Of a stretch of DNA of 64,000 nucleotides, positions 42,744 through 58,219 are shown one piece after another. The position numbers were made by a program, and so were the translations under genes. The notes below the pieces were generated by a model, which was not told the DNA's origin, made no database searches, and saw only the letters and a program-made list of their open reading frames with translations. The stretch lies in contig OX597827.1 of NCBI GenBank assembly GCA_951406725.2, positions 45,508,001 through 45,572,000 of the forward strand, given 5' to 3'. Origin of the DNA: Octopus vulgaris (Eukaryota). Each line of letters opens with the position of its first letter. Position 1 is the stretch's first letter.

Positions 42744-43034
42744 TTTATTTTCGACGTATGTTTCGAAGGCTGCATATTCCTAATTTCGAAGGAATAAGGG
42801 GTGCATTATGCCGCCTTCTCATCAGGAAAAAACAAGGAACTTATGTCAGCATCAAGATGCACAAAAACTTTTAGATGACTATGGGCTCCGTGTGGGCAGT
42901 CATCTAAAAGTGTTTGTGCATCTTGATGCTGACATAAGTTCCTTGTTTTTTCCTGATGAGAAGGCGGCATAATGCACCCCTTATTCCTTCGAAATTAGGA
43001 ATATGCAGCCTTCGAAACATATGTCGAAAATAAA
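42744..43034. mobile_element. 137-bp hairpin (17-nt loop) with a hammerhead in each arm; inverted Penelope pLTR-like
   Basis: + arm TTTTC-CTGATGA-GAAGGC..GCCTTC-GAAA-CATATG-TC-GAAAA (42948-43030), mirror copy on -. Confidence 0.85.
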
Positions 43035-43065
43035 CACAGACACAAAGACTCACACGCATAAATGT

Positions 43066-43110
<45 letters not shown>

Positions 43111-43114
43111 TATA

Positions 43115-43485
43115 CTCTTTTACTTGTTTCAGTCATTTGACTGTGGCCATGCTTGAACACCGCCTTTAGCCAAGCAAATCGACCCCATGGACTTATTCTT
43201 TGTAAGCCTAGCACTTATTCTATCGGTCTCTTTTGCCGAACCGTTAAGCTAAAGGGACGTAAACACACCACCATCGGCTGTCAAGCGATGTTGGGGGAAC
43301 AAACACAGACACACAAATATATACACACACATACATATATAAATATGTTTCCGTGTACCAAATCCACTCACAGGGCTTTGGTCGGCCCGAGGCTATTGCA
43401 CAAGAAACTTGCCGAAGGTGCCACGCAGTGGGACTGAACCCGGAACCATGTAGTTGAGAAGCAAGCATCTTACCACATAGCCATG
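43115..43485 (-). mobile_element. SINE family A
   Basis: similarity to other copies. Confidence 0.8.
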
Positions 43486-43716
43486 TCTACATATATTTCA
43501 TAAAGAAAAAGAGCAGACATATACATACATACCGATACGGGCATACTTTAAGGCTCGGACGTACACAAGTGTAGATGATATACAATATGATTTATAATAC
43601 ACACACATGAACGGTCTGAAATCCACAATAACATAAATACGGGCTAACAACTTGAACAATGCTCCAAACAGTAAATTTACAACGAACTGACAATAAATAG
43701 CGAAATAAGAATGAAT

Positions 43717-43772
<56 letters not shown>

Positions 43773-44012
43773 TCTAATTATTGAAATTATTGATGCAATT
43801 AATAAATATATCCACTCAACTTTTTTGTATTACATATTTTGTTTCTAGGTATGAGTCTCTCGCCTTTTGATCCAAACAATTACATACATACATATTTACA
43901 TACACACACACATACATACATCTAAATATCATACATATATAAATATATGTATATATATATATGTATATACATATATATATGTGTGTATATATATACATAT
44001 ATATTATTATTC

Positions 44013-44063
<51 letters not shown>

Positions 44064-44162
44064 TATATATGCACATATATGTATACATATATACACATTG
44101 TGGGGACTATATATGTACATCTACATGAATATATATTTATGTGCACACAAATATATATTCAT

Positions 44163-44205
<43 letters not shown>

Positions 44206-44477
44206 CAAAAAACCCCAAAATGTGTGTGTGTGTGTGTCTGTGTGCGTATGTGTGTTGTGTGCGTGTATGTTATACACATTGTGAGGGTACATACGTGCAT
44301 ACATACATACATACATACATACATACAAACATACATACATACATATTCTTGAATATATATTAATATATATTTATGATTGCGTGTTATATATGTATACACG
44401 CTGGCACTCACACACTCACACACATGTACAACCACACACAAACACCCATGCACACAGATGCAGATACATGAAAATTC

Positions 44478-44585
44478 GTCCCGTACGCAGTGCATGTACG
44501 ATGCACGTAATCGAAGTTAATGCGCTGAAGCGACATCAGTTATACATTCCTACATGTTGCATTCCATCTGTCATGGCAACAGGGC
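44478..44585 (-). repeat. complex island paralogous to 52126-52230, includes motif copy 9
   Basis: shared GTGCATG..GATGCACGT..AAGCGACATCAGTTAT.CATTCCTACATGTTGCATTCCATCTGTCATGGCAACAGG. Confidence 0.9.
44529..44550 (-). promoter_or_regulatory. 22-bp dispersed motif, copy 9
   Basis: reverse complement GGAATGTATAACTGATGTCGCT. Confidence 0.75.
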
Positions 44586-44766
44586 ATGTTATAGAGATGA
44601 AGAAGGAAGGGGCTGGTTATAGTGGAAGAATAATAATAGAGCACTTGGTGTATTGATCTGCACTGTTTTTATTGGTTCACAATTGTGTTTGTAGGTTGTC
44701 GATACAATCATATTACGCTTTTATATATTTGCATATTTAATACATAATTTTCAAATACACACCTGT

Positions 44767-44877
<111 letters not shown>

Positions 44878-45283
44878 TCTATCTACCTACCTACTATATG
44901 TATATATATATATATATATATTCACATATATTTATGCGTGTGTGTATTCATTTCGAAACATAGTATGTATATGCATTTCCTTTGATTAATTCTCGATATA
45001 CCTTGATATAACAGTGCCGATTATTCTCAGGTAGAATATAATATTTGCGGCTGTAATGAAATACAAACAAAATACTGGGTTTGTGTTTTTGTGAATATAT
45101 GTGAATAGGTGTATAGTTATATAAATATGTGTGTGTGGGTCGTGTGTGTTTGTATGTGTGTGCGTATATAGATATGTGGGTAAAGACATCAAACTCCCTT
45201 ATTCACCAAATTCCACATATTAGAGGAGGCTTTCAATAGTAACAGTGTAGTAAAACGGCGGTGCACCAGCACCGAGCTAAAAC

Positions 45284-45352
<69 letters not shown>

Positions 45353-45435
45353 CATATATATATGTATATATATATATATATATATACATATATATACATA
45401 TATACACACATATATATACACACACATATATATAT

Positions 45436-45480
<45 letters not shown>

Positions 45481-45580
45481 CATATATATATATAAATATA
45501 TATATATGTGTATATACATATAAATATATATATATGTATATATATATACATATAAATATATATACATATATATATAAGTA

Positions 45581-45619
<39 letters not shown>

Positions 45620-45698
45620 ATATGTATATATATATATATGTATGTATGCATGTTTGCATATACATATGCATATATATGTATATATATTTACATTCAAG

Positions 45699-45859
45699 TG
45701 CAGGAGTGACTGTGTGGTAAGTAGCTTGCTTACCAACCACATGGTTCCGGGTTCAGTCCCACTGCATGGCATCTTAGACAAGTGTCTTCGACTATAGCCT
45801 CAGGCCGACCAAAGCCTTGTGAGTGGATCTGTTCGACAGAAACTTAAAGAAGCCTGTCT

Positions 45860-45862
<3 letters not shown>
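45699..45862 (+). mobile_element. SINE family A 5' half
   Basis: similarity to other copies. Confidence 0.8.
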
Positions 45863-45946
<84 letters not shown>

Positions 45947-46965
45947 TATGATAAAAGGCAAATTTTCTCTGCTTCCCAAATTGTTCGTTTTTTATACAAT
46001 TGTACAATATAGAATTTCTTCAATTGGAATTTACTTATGATTTTTCCAAGTAGATTTCATTGGGTCATGGCATGTAAAGTTTTTTCAATTTGACCCCCAA
46101 TTAAGCAAAAATTCGACAAAACTCAATAATTTACGATTTCCCTCTCTCATTTCAAGTGCTTCACTCCTTCCATTACCACTACACTTTCTCCTCCTTTCTC
46201 TTTGCAAGTGTGCAACAATTAAAGTGAAAGTATTTATATAACAGGGATGAGCCATTAATACTGGTCATCCTTTTTGCTAGAGGAAAATCCGCTATGGTCT
46301 TATATGCTACACCACTGGTTTTCAATTCATATTAATCAAATTAATATTCAATTTTTCACCCTTATTATGTGTGTGTGTCTATTAGCAATTCGTATAAAAT
46401 TGCATCAATGACTTGAACTTGAATAAGTGGTTTCACATAAATGGGGATAAATTAAAAAGGTTTGTTGTTATTATTATTACTGTTTGACTATTGTAATCAC
46501 GTTTGTTGGTTCCTCGTCAGAGAAACGTTATTGTGTTGCATTTGTTAAATAATTGTAAACCGTAACCCTCCCCCTTTCGGAGAAGGGGCTTTGGTTATTG
46601 TTTCAAAATTGAATTGTGTCCCTGTTTGGGGAAATTGACAATATTTTCACCGTCTTTACGGAAGCATTTTTGTTAAAATGCCTTCGATAGAAGAAAGTCC
46701 AAAAATGAATTTCGCTGCAGCCGTACACTTCTATACAAGAGGGAGGACAAGATCCAATTGATCGAAATTGCAAGTCGGGCCTACAATTCCAGTCTATTAT
46801 ATATTTTGAGTATTGTTATCACTAGCGATATCAAGATATAACTTTGTATTTTGTATTTCATGTGTAGATGTATATATATATATATATATATAGATATACA
46901 TGTAATATGTACACATATATATATATACACATATATACATGCATAATATATCTACCCATACACAC

Positions 46966-47020
<55 letters not shown>

Positions 47021-47049
47021 TAGGGGCAGGTGTGGCTGTGTGGTAACAA

Positions 47050-48315
47050 ACTACGTTCGAAGATACTGTACTTGATATGGGCGGTAGTGCCTTGCCGGTC
47101 TATGGCCTACCTTCAACAAACCGGGAAGGCACAAACACTCTGTCTTCACATTTGCTGCGTGAGACATATTTTAATGTTGACGAGCTTGCCGAGTATATAG
47201 CCGACAATGAGCCAAAGCTGGGGGGATTTTTTTTCCTGGACGTTCCTGGGGGCACTGAGAAAACTTTTGTCAACAAATTAATGTTGGCTGAGATTAGGCG
47301 AACACAAGGCATTGCCCTAGCTGTGGCATCATCTGGAATTGCGGCTACTTTGTTGCCAGGCGGCAGGACAGCTCACTCCACTTTCAAGCTTCCGCTTGAC
47401 TTAGCGAATACTGAGGCACCAACTTGCAACATCAGTAACAGCTCCGATCAGGCAGAAGTCTTCAGACGATGCAAGCTTATCGTTTGGGATGAATGCACGA
47501 TGGCCCACAGAGGTGTTCTTGAGGCACTAGATAGATCTCTCAGAGACATCAAACACTCTTCAGCTCCCATGGGAGGCATAACAATTCTTCTTTCAGGGGA
47601 CTTCCGACAAACACTTCCCGTTATTCCCAAAGGGACTAGAGCTGATGCAGTAAGTGCGTGTCTTAAGTCATCCACATTGAGGCCACTTGTGAAGACTCTC
47701 AAACTTCACACCAATATGCGTGCTCATATGCGACGTAATATCACATCAGCAGCATTTTCTTACACCCTCCTTGCACTTGGCGAAGGCAAAATACATACCA
47801 GGGGATGAAAATGGTAATATTGCCATCGATTCCATTTGTACCATTGTTAAACGTCTTCTGATCTCAGAGATGCAGTGTTCCCAGATCTACAAGCTAATTA
47901 TCAGAATATGGATTGGATTGGCCAAAGGGCTATTCTGGCCCCGAGGAATAAAACTGTTCACCATATTAATGATGAAATGCTAAAACTCATTCCTGGGGAT
48001 GTCTATGTATATAAGTCCATCGATACAACTCCTGACACAGAGGACGTCATCAACTATCCAATAGAGGTACTCAATTCCTTTGAGCCCCCGGACTACCACC
48101 ACACATTCTCAAACTTAAAGTTGGTGCCCCTATAATGCTCATTAGAAATTTGGTTCCCCCAAAACAATGCAATGGCACACGTTTGATCGTTAAGTCCTTA
48201 TCTTCCACCGTAAACTTATATCAATATTTGCCTGAATAATCATCATAATTCAGTGCAATCATTAACAGTACTTTCAAGCAATTCAGCCCCGAGCATCGCC
48301 GGGCAATTCTGCTTG

Positions 48316-48316
<1 letters not shown>
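47050..48316 (+). pseudogene. Helitron RepHel PIF1-helicase fragment with Helitron 3' end
   Basis: DVPGGTEKTF (broken Walker A), ASSGIAATLLPGGRTAHSTF, IVWDECTM, GDFRQTLPV, then frameshifted ILAPRN and [18 protein letters not shown]; 3' hairpin CCCGAGCATCGCCGGG then CTTG-T. Confidence 0.92.
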
Positions 48317-48371
<55 letters not shown>

Positions 48372-49221
48372 TTATAAGGAAATTTACAAGGAAAATTTAC
48401 AAGGAAATTTATACTTTCTAGCATAATTTCATACGTTCTGAAATTGTTACTTTTTACGAAATCAATCATGCAACCCTGCACTCCATGGCGTTCTTTTGGA
48501 TCACAACTTGTCACAATGTGTCATATTCCGTTACAATTACATAGCAGCAGACAGGATTCATGCCTGAATAACTTTATCATTCTCACGGCCAAGAAAACAT
48601 CTTATTGGATAAAAACATTGAATAAAGTTTTTTTTTAATGCTACTTCAATCTGTTAATATATTTTTAATAAGCGATGGGAGACCAAAAGAATAATTAATT
48701 ATTCATATAAATATTGTTTGTATACAATTCAAAGACGGAGTTAATAGTCTGAACAAAATCGTTATCATATCTGATAATGAGACACCCTAAATTAATTCGT
48801 ATTCCGTTGATTTCTCTTAGATAAGTTCATCTAATATTTTCGATTAACCGCAAAGTTTTCCTTTCAGCCTCCAAGTCAGAAGGGCTGCGCCCATGGATTT
48901 TATTGTTTTAGTGTAATGTTATTGCCAGTTCAAATATGTTTGAAGCAGTTTCGAATTGGGAAACAAGCCATGACGCTGCGAACTGATCTAGGTGTATCCA
49001 CACCATTTGTTTACAGCGAGAATGTTTCTCCATCACAAAACACAGTGAATGGCTTGTTTCACAGTTCGAACGTGTTTCAAGCATATTTGAACTGGTAATA
49101 ACGTTGCATTTATATCATTGCTTAGCGCTCCCGCTCCGTAATTGTTTTAGTGTCTCCGAGATTAATGAAAAGAAAGGTACATCTTCTTCATTTCTCTCTC
49201 TTTTTTTTTTTTTTTTTTTTT

Positions 49222-49623
49222 TAACTTGTTTCAGTCATTTGACTGCGGCCATGCTGAAGCACCGCCTTTAGTCGAGCAACTCGACCCCAAGACTTATTCT
49301 TTTGTAAGCCCAGTACTTATTCTATCGGTCTCTTTTGCCAAACCGCTAAGTAACGGGGACATAAACACTCCAGCATCGGTTGTCAAGCAATGCTAGGGGG
49401 ACAAACACAGACACACAAGCACACACACATATTATATATATATATATACATACATATATACGGCAGGCTTCTTTCAGTTTCCGTCTACCAAATCCACTCA
49501 CAAGGCATTGGTCGGCCCGGGGCTATAGCAAAAGACACTTGCCCAAGTTGCCACGCAGTGGGACTGAACCCGGAACCATGTGGTTGGTTAGCAAGCTACT
49601 TACCACACAGCCACTCCTGCGCC
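49222..49623 (-). mobile_element. SINE family A, full length
   Basis: complete head and tail. Confidence 0.88.
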
Positions 49624-49747
49624 TATTCAGCCATTTCGATATTTTCAAATACTATACTAGATGTGCGAATGGTTTTGTTAAACGGTGTCGAGTTTTACAA
49701 TTCTGTAAATAATAATAATGGGTTGTTTTTTTTTATAAGCTTAAAGC

Positions 49748-49898
49748 ATAGCGATCACCGTGCAAATGACTAAATAGATTTTCCCGTATGCGTGGGACTC
49801 GAACCACGCGTACGGTAAAGCCTACTTTTTTTCTGCCGAGGGCTTATATACCACATTATTAGACTATTTTCCTTAGTCCTTTGCACGGTGATCGCTAT
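49748..49898. repeat. 26-bp inverted repeat enclosing a tRNA-like B-box sequence
   Basis: ATAGCGATCACCGTGCAAATGACTAA / TTAGTCCTTTGCACGGTGATCGCTAT; minus strand GGTTCGAGTCCC inside. Confidence 0.65.
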
Positions 49899-50199
49899 AA
49901 GCTTCAAACTTTACTGTGCCTGTCACCTGCATGGTGAGGAATACTACATTGGGAGTGGTAACGACTAGGGTACTGTAGCAGACTGCTTATTGTGATCATT
50001 CGTCTTTTGGTTCCCTGTAGCTTTGCTCTCTTTTACAAACCCAGTGAACATATATTTCCTATTTCAAAGAAATTCAAACAATAGATATAAGACCTAAGTT
50101 AAAAAGATTCTGAACAATACAACTTCTCTGGTTGACATTAAGATGTCCACCGCCTATAGGGGCCATAACTCTCACATTTTAGAGCTCCATGACCTCCAT

Positions 50200-50442
50200 T
50201 TTTCAGGAGCAACATCCTTTTAACAGGTTCTATAAGACTGGAATTTTGGAATATGCGCATAAAAATCAGTAGTATGGGATACATGTGGCACGATTACAAT
50301 TTTTTTAGGGTGTGTAAAGAGGAAAATAACTCGCATCTGCAATTTTTATGAAATTCGAAACATAGGTATTCCAGTTCATTACAGAAAATATAACAGAAAA
50401 GTCAATTGTATGTAACACGGGCAACGCCGGGTAACTCTGCTA

Positions 50443-50443
<1 letters not shown>
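50200..50443 (+). mobile_element. Helitron 3' terminus (non-autonomous; left boundary uncertain)
   Basis: CACGGGCAACGCCGGGT hairpin, spacer, CTAG followed by T; similar to the 48288-48316 end. Confidence 0.75.
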
Positions 50444-50533
<90 letters not shown>

Positions 50534-50823
50534 TGCATACGCACACATACATATATTCATCTATTCACACACACACCACGTACACATACGCACGCGCGCA
50601 CCCACACAAACACCACATGCACATGCCTACATTACTCATTTATTTCCCCCATTGATCTAAATATATGTATAGAAAGAAATGGAGCAAAATAAAAAATATA
50701 TATATGATTAATGTGAATTATATCAAAACTGCGGGAGTGATCATAGGTGCGGGGATGCTTCTTTATGCTTGAGCGTTTGTGTGTGTATGTATGTATTTAT
50801 GTATGTATGTGTGTATGTATGTA

Positions 50824-50860
<37 letters not shown>

Positions 50861-51824
50861 AAGTTTATGTATGTGCGTCTGTATTTGTACATGTGTGAAT
50901 ATATGCGTTTATATGTATGGTCGTCTTCTCTTTGAAGTTCATTAAAAAACAATAGGCAAATATATTAAGGAATCGACCGGTCAATCCCTTTGTATGTATA
51001 TATGTATGTATGTATGTATGTATGTACGTATGTATGCATGTATGTATGCATGTATTATGTATGTATGTATGCATGTGTATGTATGTATGTATGTATGCAT
51101 GTATGTATGTATGCATGCATGTATGTATGTATATATGTATGTATGTATGTATGCATGTGTATGTATGTATGTATGTATGTGTGTATGTATGTATGTATGT
51201 ATGCATGTATGTATGTATGTATGTGTGTATGTATGTATGTATGTATGCATGCATGCATGTATGTATGTATGTATGTATGTATGTATGTATGTATGTGTGT
51301 ATGTATTCATGCATGCATGTATGTATATATGTATGTATGTATGTGTGTGTGTATGTAAGTGTGTATGTATGCATGTGTGTATGTATGTGCAAATATATGT
51401 ATGTGTGTATGTATGCATGTATATATGTGTGTATGTGTGTAATTTTATGCATGTGTGTAAATATGCATATATGTATACACACGCACATATGTGTGGCTTT
51501 AGATATATAAATATATTAAGGAATCGACCAGCCAGTCCATTTCTATGTATGTATGTATGTATGTATGTATGTATGTATGTATGTATGTATGTATGTATGT
51601 GTGTATATATGCATGTATATATATATGTGTGTATGTGTGTAAATATGCATATATGTATGCACACACATATATGTGTGGCTTTATATATATATATATGTAT
51701 ATATATACATACATGCATACATGGGTGTGTGTGCTTGTTTGTGTATGTAATTATATACGTACATACATTTATACATGCATATATATATACATATATATGA
51801 ATGTATGTATACATACATACCTAT

Positions 51825-51873
<49 letters not shown>

Positions 51874-51953
51874 CATATATATATATATATATATACATAG
51901 ATATATATACATACATGCATATATATATGTGTACATACATGTATACATATATA

Positions 51954-51995
<42 letters not shown>

Positions 51996-52125
51996 TGTAT
52001 ATTTGTGTGTATACACACACATATCTACATGTGTGAATTGTGTTTGTGTGTTTGTATGTATTGACGGTCACACACACATAAAACCAAGCTCTAACGAAAA
52101 ACAGAGAAGCGCGTTCAACAAGCTT

Positions 52126-52230
52126 GTCCCGCATGCGGTGCATGCATGATGCACGTTTCAGCGAATGCTTTGAAAGCGACATCAGTTATGCATTCCTACA
52201 TGTTGCATTCCATCTGTCATGGCAACAGGA
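52126..52230 (-). repeat. complex island paralogous to 44478-44585, includes motif copy 10
   Basis: see 44478-44585. Confidence 0.9.
52175..52196 (-). promoter_or_regulatory. 22-bp dispersed motif, copy 10
   Basis: reverse complement GGAATGCATAACTGATGTCGCT. Confidence 0.75.
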
Positions 52231-52434
52231 GTTGTGGGATAGAAGAGAAAGAGTGGGTGGAGGTGCTGCATGGCATTCATTTCTATATATGAATGGTTTT
52301 GCATGTTCATTAGTATGTATGTATGTATGTGTGTATGTATGTATGTATGTATGTATAAATATATCTATATCTATCTATCTGTATATATATATGTGTGCGT
52401 GTGTGTGTTTGTATGTATATATGTATATAGCTCC

Positions 52435-52491
<57 letters not shown>

Positions 52492-52575
52492 AATGAATGT
52501 TTTTATATATAATGAACGTGAAACACAGGAAGGGACAAACACGGAACACAGACAAATCATTCGAAGCCTTCAATC

Positions 52576-52606
<31 letters not shown>

Positions 52607-52781
52607 AAGAGAGAGATCCTTATAAACACACCCATGGAAGATTGATTTTCTAAACATTTACATACATACATGCATGCATACAAACATACATACATACATA
52701 CATATAGATGCATACATATATTTGAAACCGCTACACAAACGCACACATCCACACACATACACACACACATATATATATTTA

Positions 52782-52824
<43 letters not shown>

Positions 52825-52898
52825 TGTACATATGCATTTATATATATGTATTTATATATATATATATACACATACACACACACACATATATATCTATA

Positions 52899-52943
<45 letters not shown>

Positions 52944-53329
52944 GCAGACATTCGCACACATACACATGCACACGTCCAGCTACACACACAACCACTCACA
53001 TGGTAAAATAGATCCATTATCAGCCATAATAATGAAAAGACATTTGTTCGATCAACCGAAGATCTTAGTCATAGAACCAGCTTGTGTGTGTGTGTATGTG
53101 TGTGTGTATGTGTGCGGGCGCGCGCGCATAGACGCAGACATGAGCCAGTGGTTAATAATTCTCTTCCAAATCATGTGTTGTCGAGTTCGATCGTTGGTGT
53201 AGAGTTTCATTGGTACAAGTGTCTTTTAGCTGATTACGAGTAACCTTGCATCGACCCGTATGTTGAGTGAAATGAAATAGAATACAAATTGCGTGGAATC
53301 CCATCGCACGTTTTGTGCAGGATCTGCCA

Positions 53330-53532
53330 AAAATTGTACCAGCTTTGTAATATATTTAGCTACTCTGGTTCTGCCTTTGAATTAACATATCTGCGGAATT
53401 AAACCATTTAAACTATAACTCAGCAGCCCTCTCCAAGAATACAGTAATAGCGAATGGAGTGCCTCAGAGAGCTGTCTTGGGGTCACTACTGTTTGTGGAA
53501 ACTCTTTTGGACATGCCATCAGTATACATGTG

Positions 53533-53616
<84 letters not shown>

Positions 53617-53635
53617 ATATATGTATATAGATCCC

Positions 53636-53704
<69 letters not shown>

Positions 53705-53950
53705 ATTAAGGGTTTAGCAACGATTTGCCTCACCACACACCGAATTTAGAAATAGCAGTCAAAAAGTTTTGGCTATACTTTTTATTTAAAAGGGAGATCC
53801 CAGTAAAACCAAAGCACTTAAAAAGCAAACGACGCAGGCAAAAGAGAAAGAAATGACGAAAATCATTCTATATTAAGTCACCTACGGACGTACGTTTCGG
53901 AATTAAGTCATTGCAGAGCATAAAAATTAAATAATTATGTCTTACCTTAC

Positions 53951-54002
<52 letters not shown>

Positions 54003-55012
54003 GAGAGAGAGATTAAACCATTTAAACTATAACTCAGCAGCCCTCTCCAAGAAGACAGCAATAGCGAATGGAGTGCCTCAGGGAACTGTCTTGAGGTCGC
54101 TACTGTTTGTGGAAACTCTTTCGGACATGCCATCAGTTTCACAGACAGTCACACTTACTGGCTATGTCGACGAAACAAAGGTAGTACAAGCAGTCAAGGA
54201 AACTTTCGATGTTCATCTTTTACCGTGGACCTAGTTGCCATCTATAAATGGGCTGAAGAAAGCAACATAAAATTTAATGCAGGAAAATTCCAAACCTTCC
54301 GTTATCAACTATCGTCTGCTAACCTAACATGTCACAACGGAGATAGTTTGGACCAAAATGAGCGGCACTACCAGCATCAAATACAGTACGTTGTCTTTGG
54401 GACTGATATGAGCAACAATGCCTTGTTTCACGTGTATATCACCAAAATGGTGGCAATATGCAGGTAAATGACCAGATATATTCTGAGAACTTTCTGAGCA
54501 AGAGACCAGGAAACTATGCTGGTTCTTTTGAGGAGATTTGTCCTCGGCTGCCTAGACTATTGCTCTCAACTATGGTCACCTCATAGTGTCAAATTAATAA
54601 CGAAACTTGAAGCAGTTCAGCGGTGCTACATTTGGTAAATTGCATCAATAGAACAGCTGAGCTATTGGGAGAGACTGAAAGAGTTACGACTTTACTCTCT
54701 GGAGCAAAAACGAGAGAGATATGCAGTGATATACGTATGGAAGATCTTGAAGGTGCTGCCACCAAATTTTGATATCGAGAGCCTCTGAACTGGACGTCAC
54801 TAAACTGTTCCGAGGGTTTCATCCATCGCGACAAGAGAGAGGACCCTGTATTGCAATAACTTGGGATTCAAGGCCCCATTGCTATTTAATCCCTTACCAA
54901 AACATCTGCGGGATGTACATGGAGTAGGGGTAGATGTTTCCAAGAGACCAATTGACCTCCTGTTGTCTATAGTCCCACATGAATCTGCACCACAGCAAGA
55001 AACTCAAAACAG

Positions 55013-55020
<8 letters not shown>
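53330..55020 (+). pseudogene. decayed LINE reverse transcriptase (CR1/L2-group-like), split by an insertion at 53524-54011
   Basis: GVPQ.AVLG.LLF, YVDETK (YADDTK-like), WAEESNIKFNAGK, LDYCSQLWSP, FKAPLLFNPLPKHLRD; stops and frameshifts. Confidence 0.85.
53701..53949 (-). mobile_element. third copy of the Penelope-like/retrozyme terminal repeat of 6568-7382
   Basis: close match to 7157-7382 and 6568-6803. Confidence 0.85.
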
Positions 55021-55077
<57 letters not shown>

Positions 55078-55079
<2 letters not shown>

Positions 55080-55262
55080 TTATTCTTTTACTTGTTTCAG
55101 TTATTTGACTGTGGCCATGATGGAGCACCGCATATTTTCGAACAAATCGACACCAAGACTTATTCTTTGTAAGCCTAGTACTTATTCTACCGGTCCCTTT
55201 TCAGGGACGTAAACACACCAACATCGATTGTCAAGCGAAGGTGCGGGTGATAAACACAGATA
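55078..55262 (-). mobile_element. SINE family A 3' half
   Basis: similarity to other copies. Confidence 0.75.
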
Positions 55263-55314
55263 CACACACACACACACACACATACATACATACATACATA
55301 CATACATACATACA

Positions 55315-55394
<80 letters not shown>

Positions 55395-55683
55395 CATGTG
55401 CACATATGTATGTGTGTGTATGAGAGAGAGAGAAGAGAGAGAGAGATGGGCAGAGAGAGAAACCGACAGAGATTTGTTTAACAGATTAAGTAGTCAAACA
55501 TTAACGACCATCTTAGTTTAAATCTCTTTTGTAGTCGACTACAATAACGAGAAAGTCGGCCAGTGGTCAAGTGGATCAATCTGGTGATCAACGAGTATTT
55601 GTTGAGTGTCCTTCGGAAGGAAGCTTATGTTCGGTGACCAGACAGAACGTGCCGCTAGAAACTGGAGATATGTATGTTATATA

Positions 55684-55730
<47 letters not shown>

Positions 55731-55830
55731 GGGAGAGAGAGAGGGAGAGAGAGAGGGAGAGAGAGAGGGAGAGAGAGAGAGTCTGTATGTACACGTATGT
55801 ATATATATAAAAAGTGTCTGTGTATACATG

Positions 55831-55876
<46 letters not shown>

Positions 55877-55968
55877 TATAAAGATAGATATGCATATAAA
55901 TATTTACATTCATATATGCATACATACATGCATACAATCATACACACACATACAAATGTGCATTTACG

Positions 55969-56012
<44 letters not shown>

Positions 56013-56961
56013 GACATACATATACATACATACATACACTACATACACACATATATAATACATATACGATATATACATGCACCGATATATATATGTATGT
56101 ATGTATGTATGTATCTATCTATCTATCTACCTACCTACATACGTACATACATACATACATACATACATACATACATACATACCTGTCTGCCTGTCAGTCT
56201 ATCAGTATATATGTATGTGCGTGTGTGTATGCATAAATGAACATAGTTAAATATGTATGCATGTATAAACGTATATATATATATATATATATATATAAAT
56301 GAATATGTTGTATACATGCATACATATATACATACATATATATATATATACAGATATATGTATGTGTATGTATATATATATATATACGTATATATATATA
56401 TATACATATATGTATGCCTGTATATGCATATACACACACATAACACAAATAGAATTCCTAGCACTCAAATAAAAACAATACCTTGCATACAAACACTATC
56501 GTCTATGCATATGTTAATGGCCTCCATGCTTTCTTAGTCACGCAGCATGGCCACTAGGAGTCAAAACTGGCGCTGTGCGTCGTTTCCGGTTGAGGAACTT
56601 AAGTCGCACGGTCAATTCTGTCTGTAATGAAACGGTGTCTATTATTTTTGTGTTACTGGTTACAAAGAAAACACTGGCTGATTGATGAATGAATGGTATG
56701 TATGGTGACGCATGCACATGCACCTATATATAGATGCGTGAGTGTGTGTGTGTGTGTTTGTGTGTATGTGCGTATCTCTCTCTCTCTATATGTATATATA
56801 TATAAATATATATAGCAATAATAATTCTCTATATGCAACTTCACATATATGTGCAAAGACAATTAAAAAAGCTCGAACTTGAACTTGTCCAAACACATTA
56901 AATGAGGAAGGGGAGGAGAGTTGAATATGTGTGTGCGTGTATATACATACATACATATGTA

Positions 56962-57055
<94 letters not shown>

Positions 57056-57073
57056 CATATATTTATATGTATA

Positions 57074-57120
<47 letters not shown>

Positions 57121-57980
57121 AGAGAGAGAGAGAGAAGGAGAAGGATGAGTGAATGCAGAATACAAAAAACAAATATATACATGTATATATATATGTATGT
57201 ATGTTAATATATATATATATATATATCACATAAAAAACATATACATATTATAAACATATATATATATTCAATATAGATATACGCGTACACACATACATAC
57301 ACACATTCATATATACATGAATATACAGATATGCATAATGCATGATACATACATACATACATACATACATACATACATACATACATACATTCATACATAC
57401 ATTCATACATACATTCATACATACATACATACATACATTCATACATACATTCATACATACATACATACATACATACATACATACATACATACATACATTC
57501 ATACATACATTCATACATACATTCATATATACATACAAGCGTAAAATATTCTAAATTATATAGTTTCATGCATTGCGTTTTATTTTCTCCTGTTTCTTCA
57601 CCTAATCCAATACATACATACATACATACTTACACACACTGACACATACTCAAAAACACACATACACTCCCAAGCACATATACACACGCAAGCGCTCACA
57701 TACACACGCACGCGAAACCCCCCCCCCACACACACACATGTAATTGTTAACGACTTATGATATTCTCAGTCGCTAGTCTAAGTTTTTCTTGACAGAACCT
57801 GTGGTTGAGGCATGAAACTCTGAGTGAGGAATTGGCGATTTCTCAATTTTTTCCAAATGAACCAAGTTTCGTACGATATGTATTGAGTACTGCATTCACT
57901 TCTGTGAGACCCAGATTGCTCATATATCTGTATAGCTGTAATTATCTATATGCATGTTTATGTATGCATGCATAAATATG

Positions 57981-58033
<53 letters not shown>

Positions 58034-58219
58034 CATATATATATACACACACACACATACACACACGAGTAAGCACATATATGCAAAACAAGGTGGAAAA
58101 AAGTGCTCGAATACCGAAGGTAGAGTAATATACCTTTGTAATAACTTTTTAAATTGTAAAGAGACTTTATGGACACCCTGCATACATAAATATATATACG
58201 ACGGGCTACTTTCTTCTTG

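Noticed and set aside
47077-47808. Possible host PIF1 helicase gene
   Set aside because: Walker A is mutated, downstream motifs are frameshifted, and it ends in a Helitron hairpin terminus.
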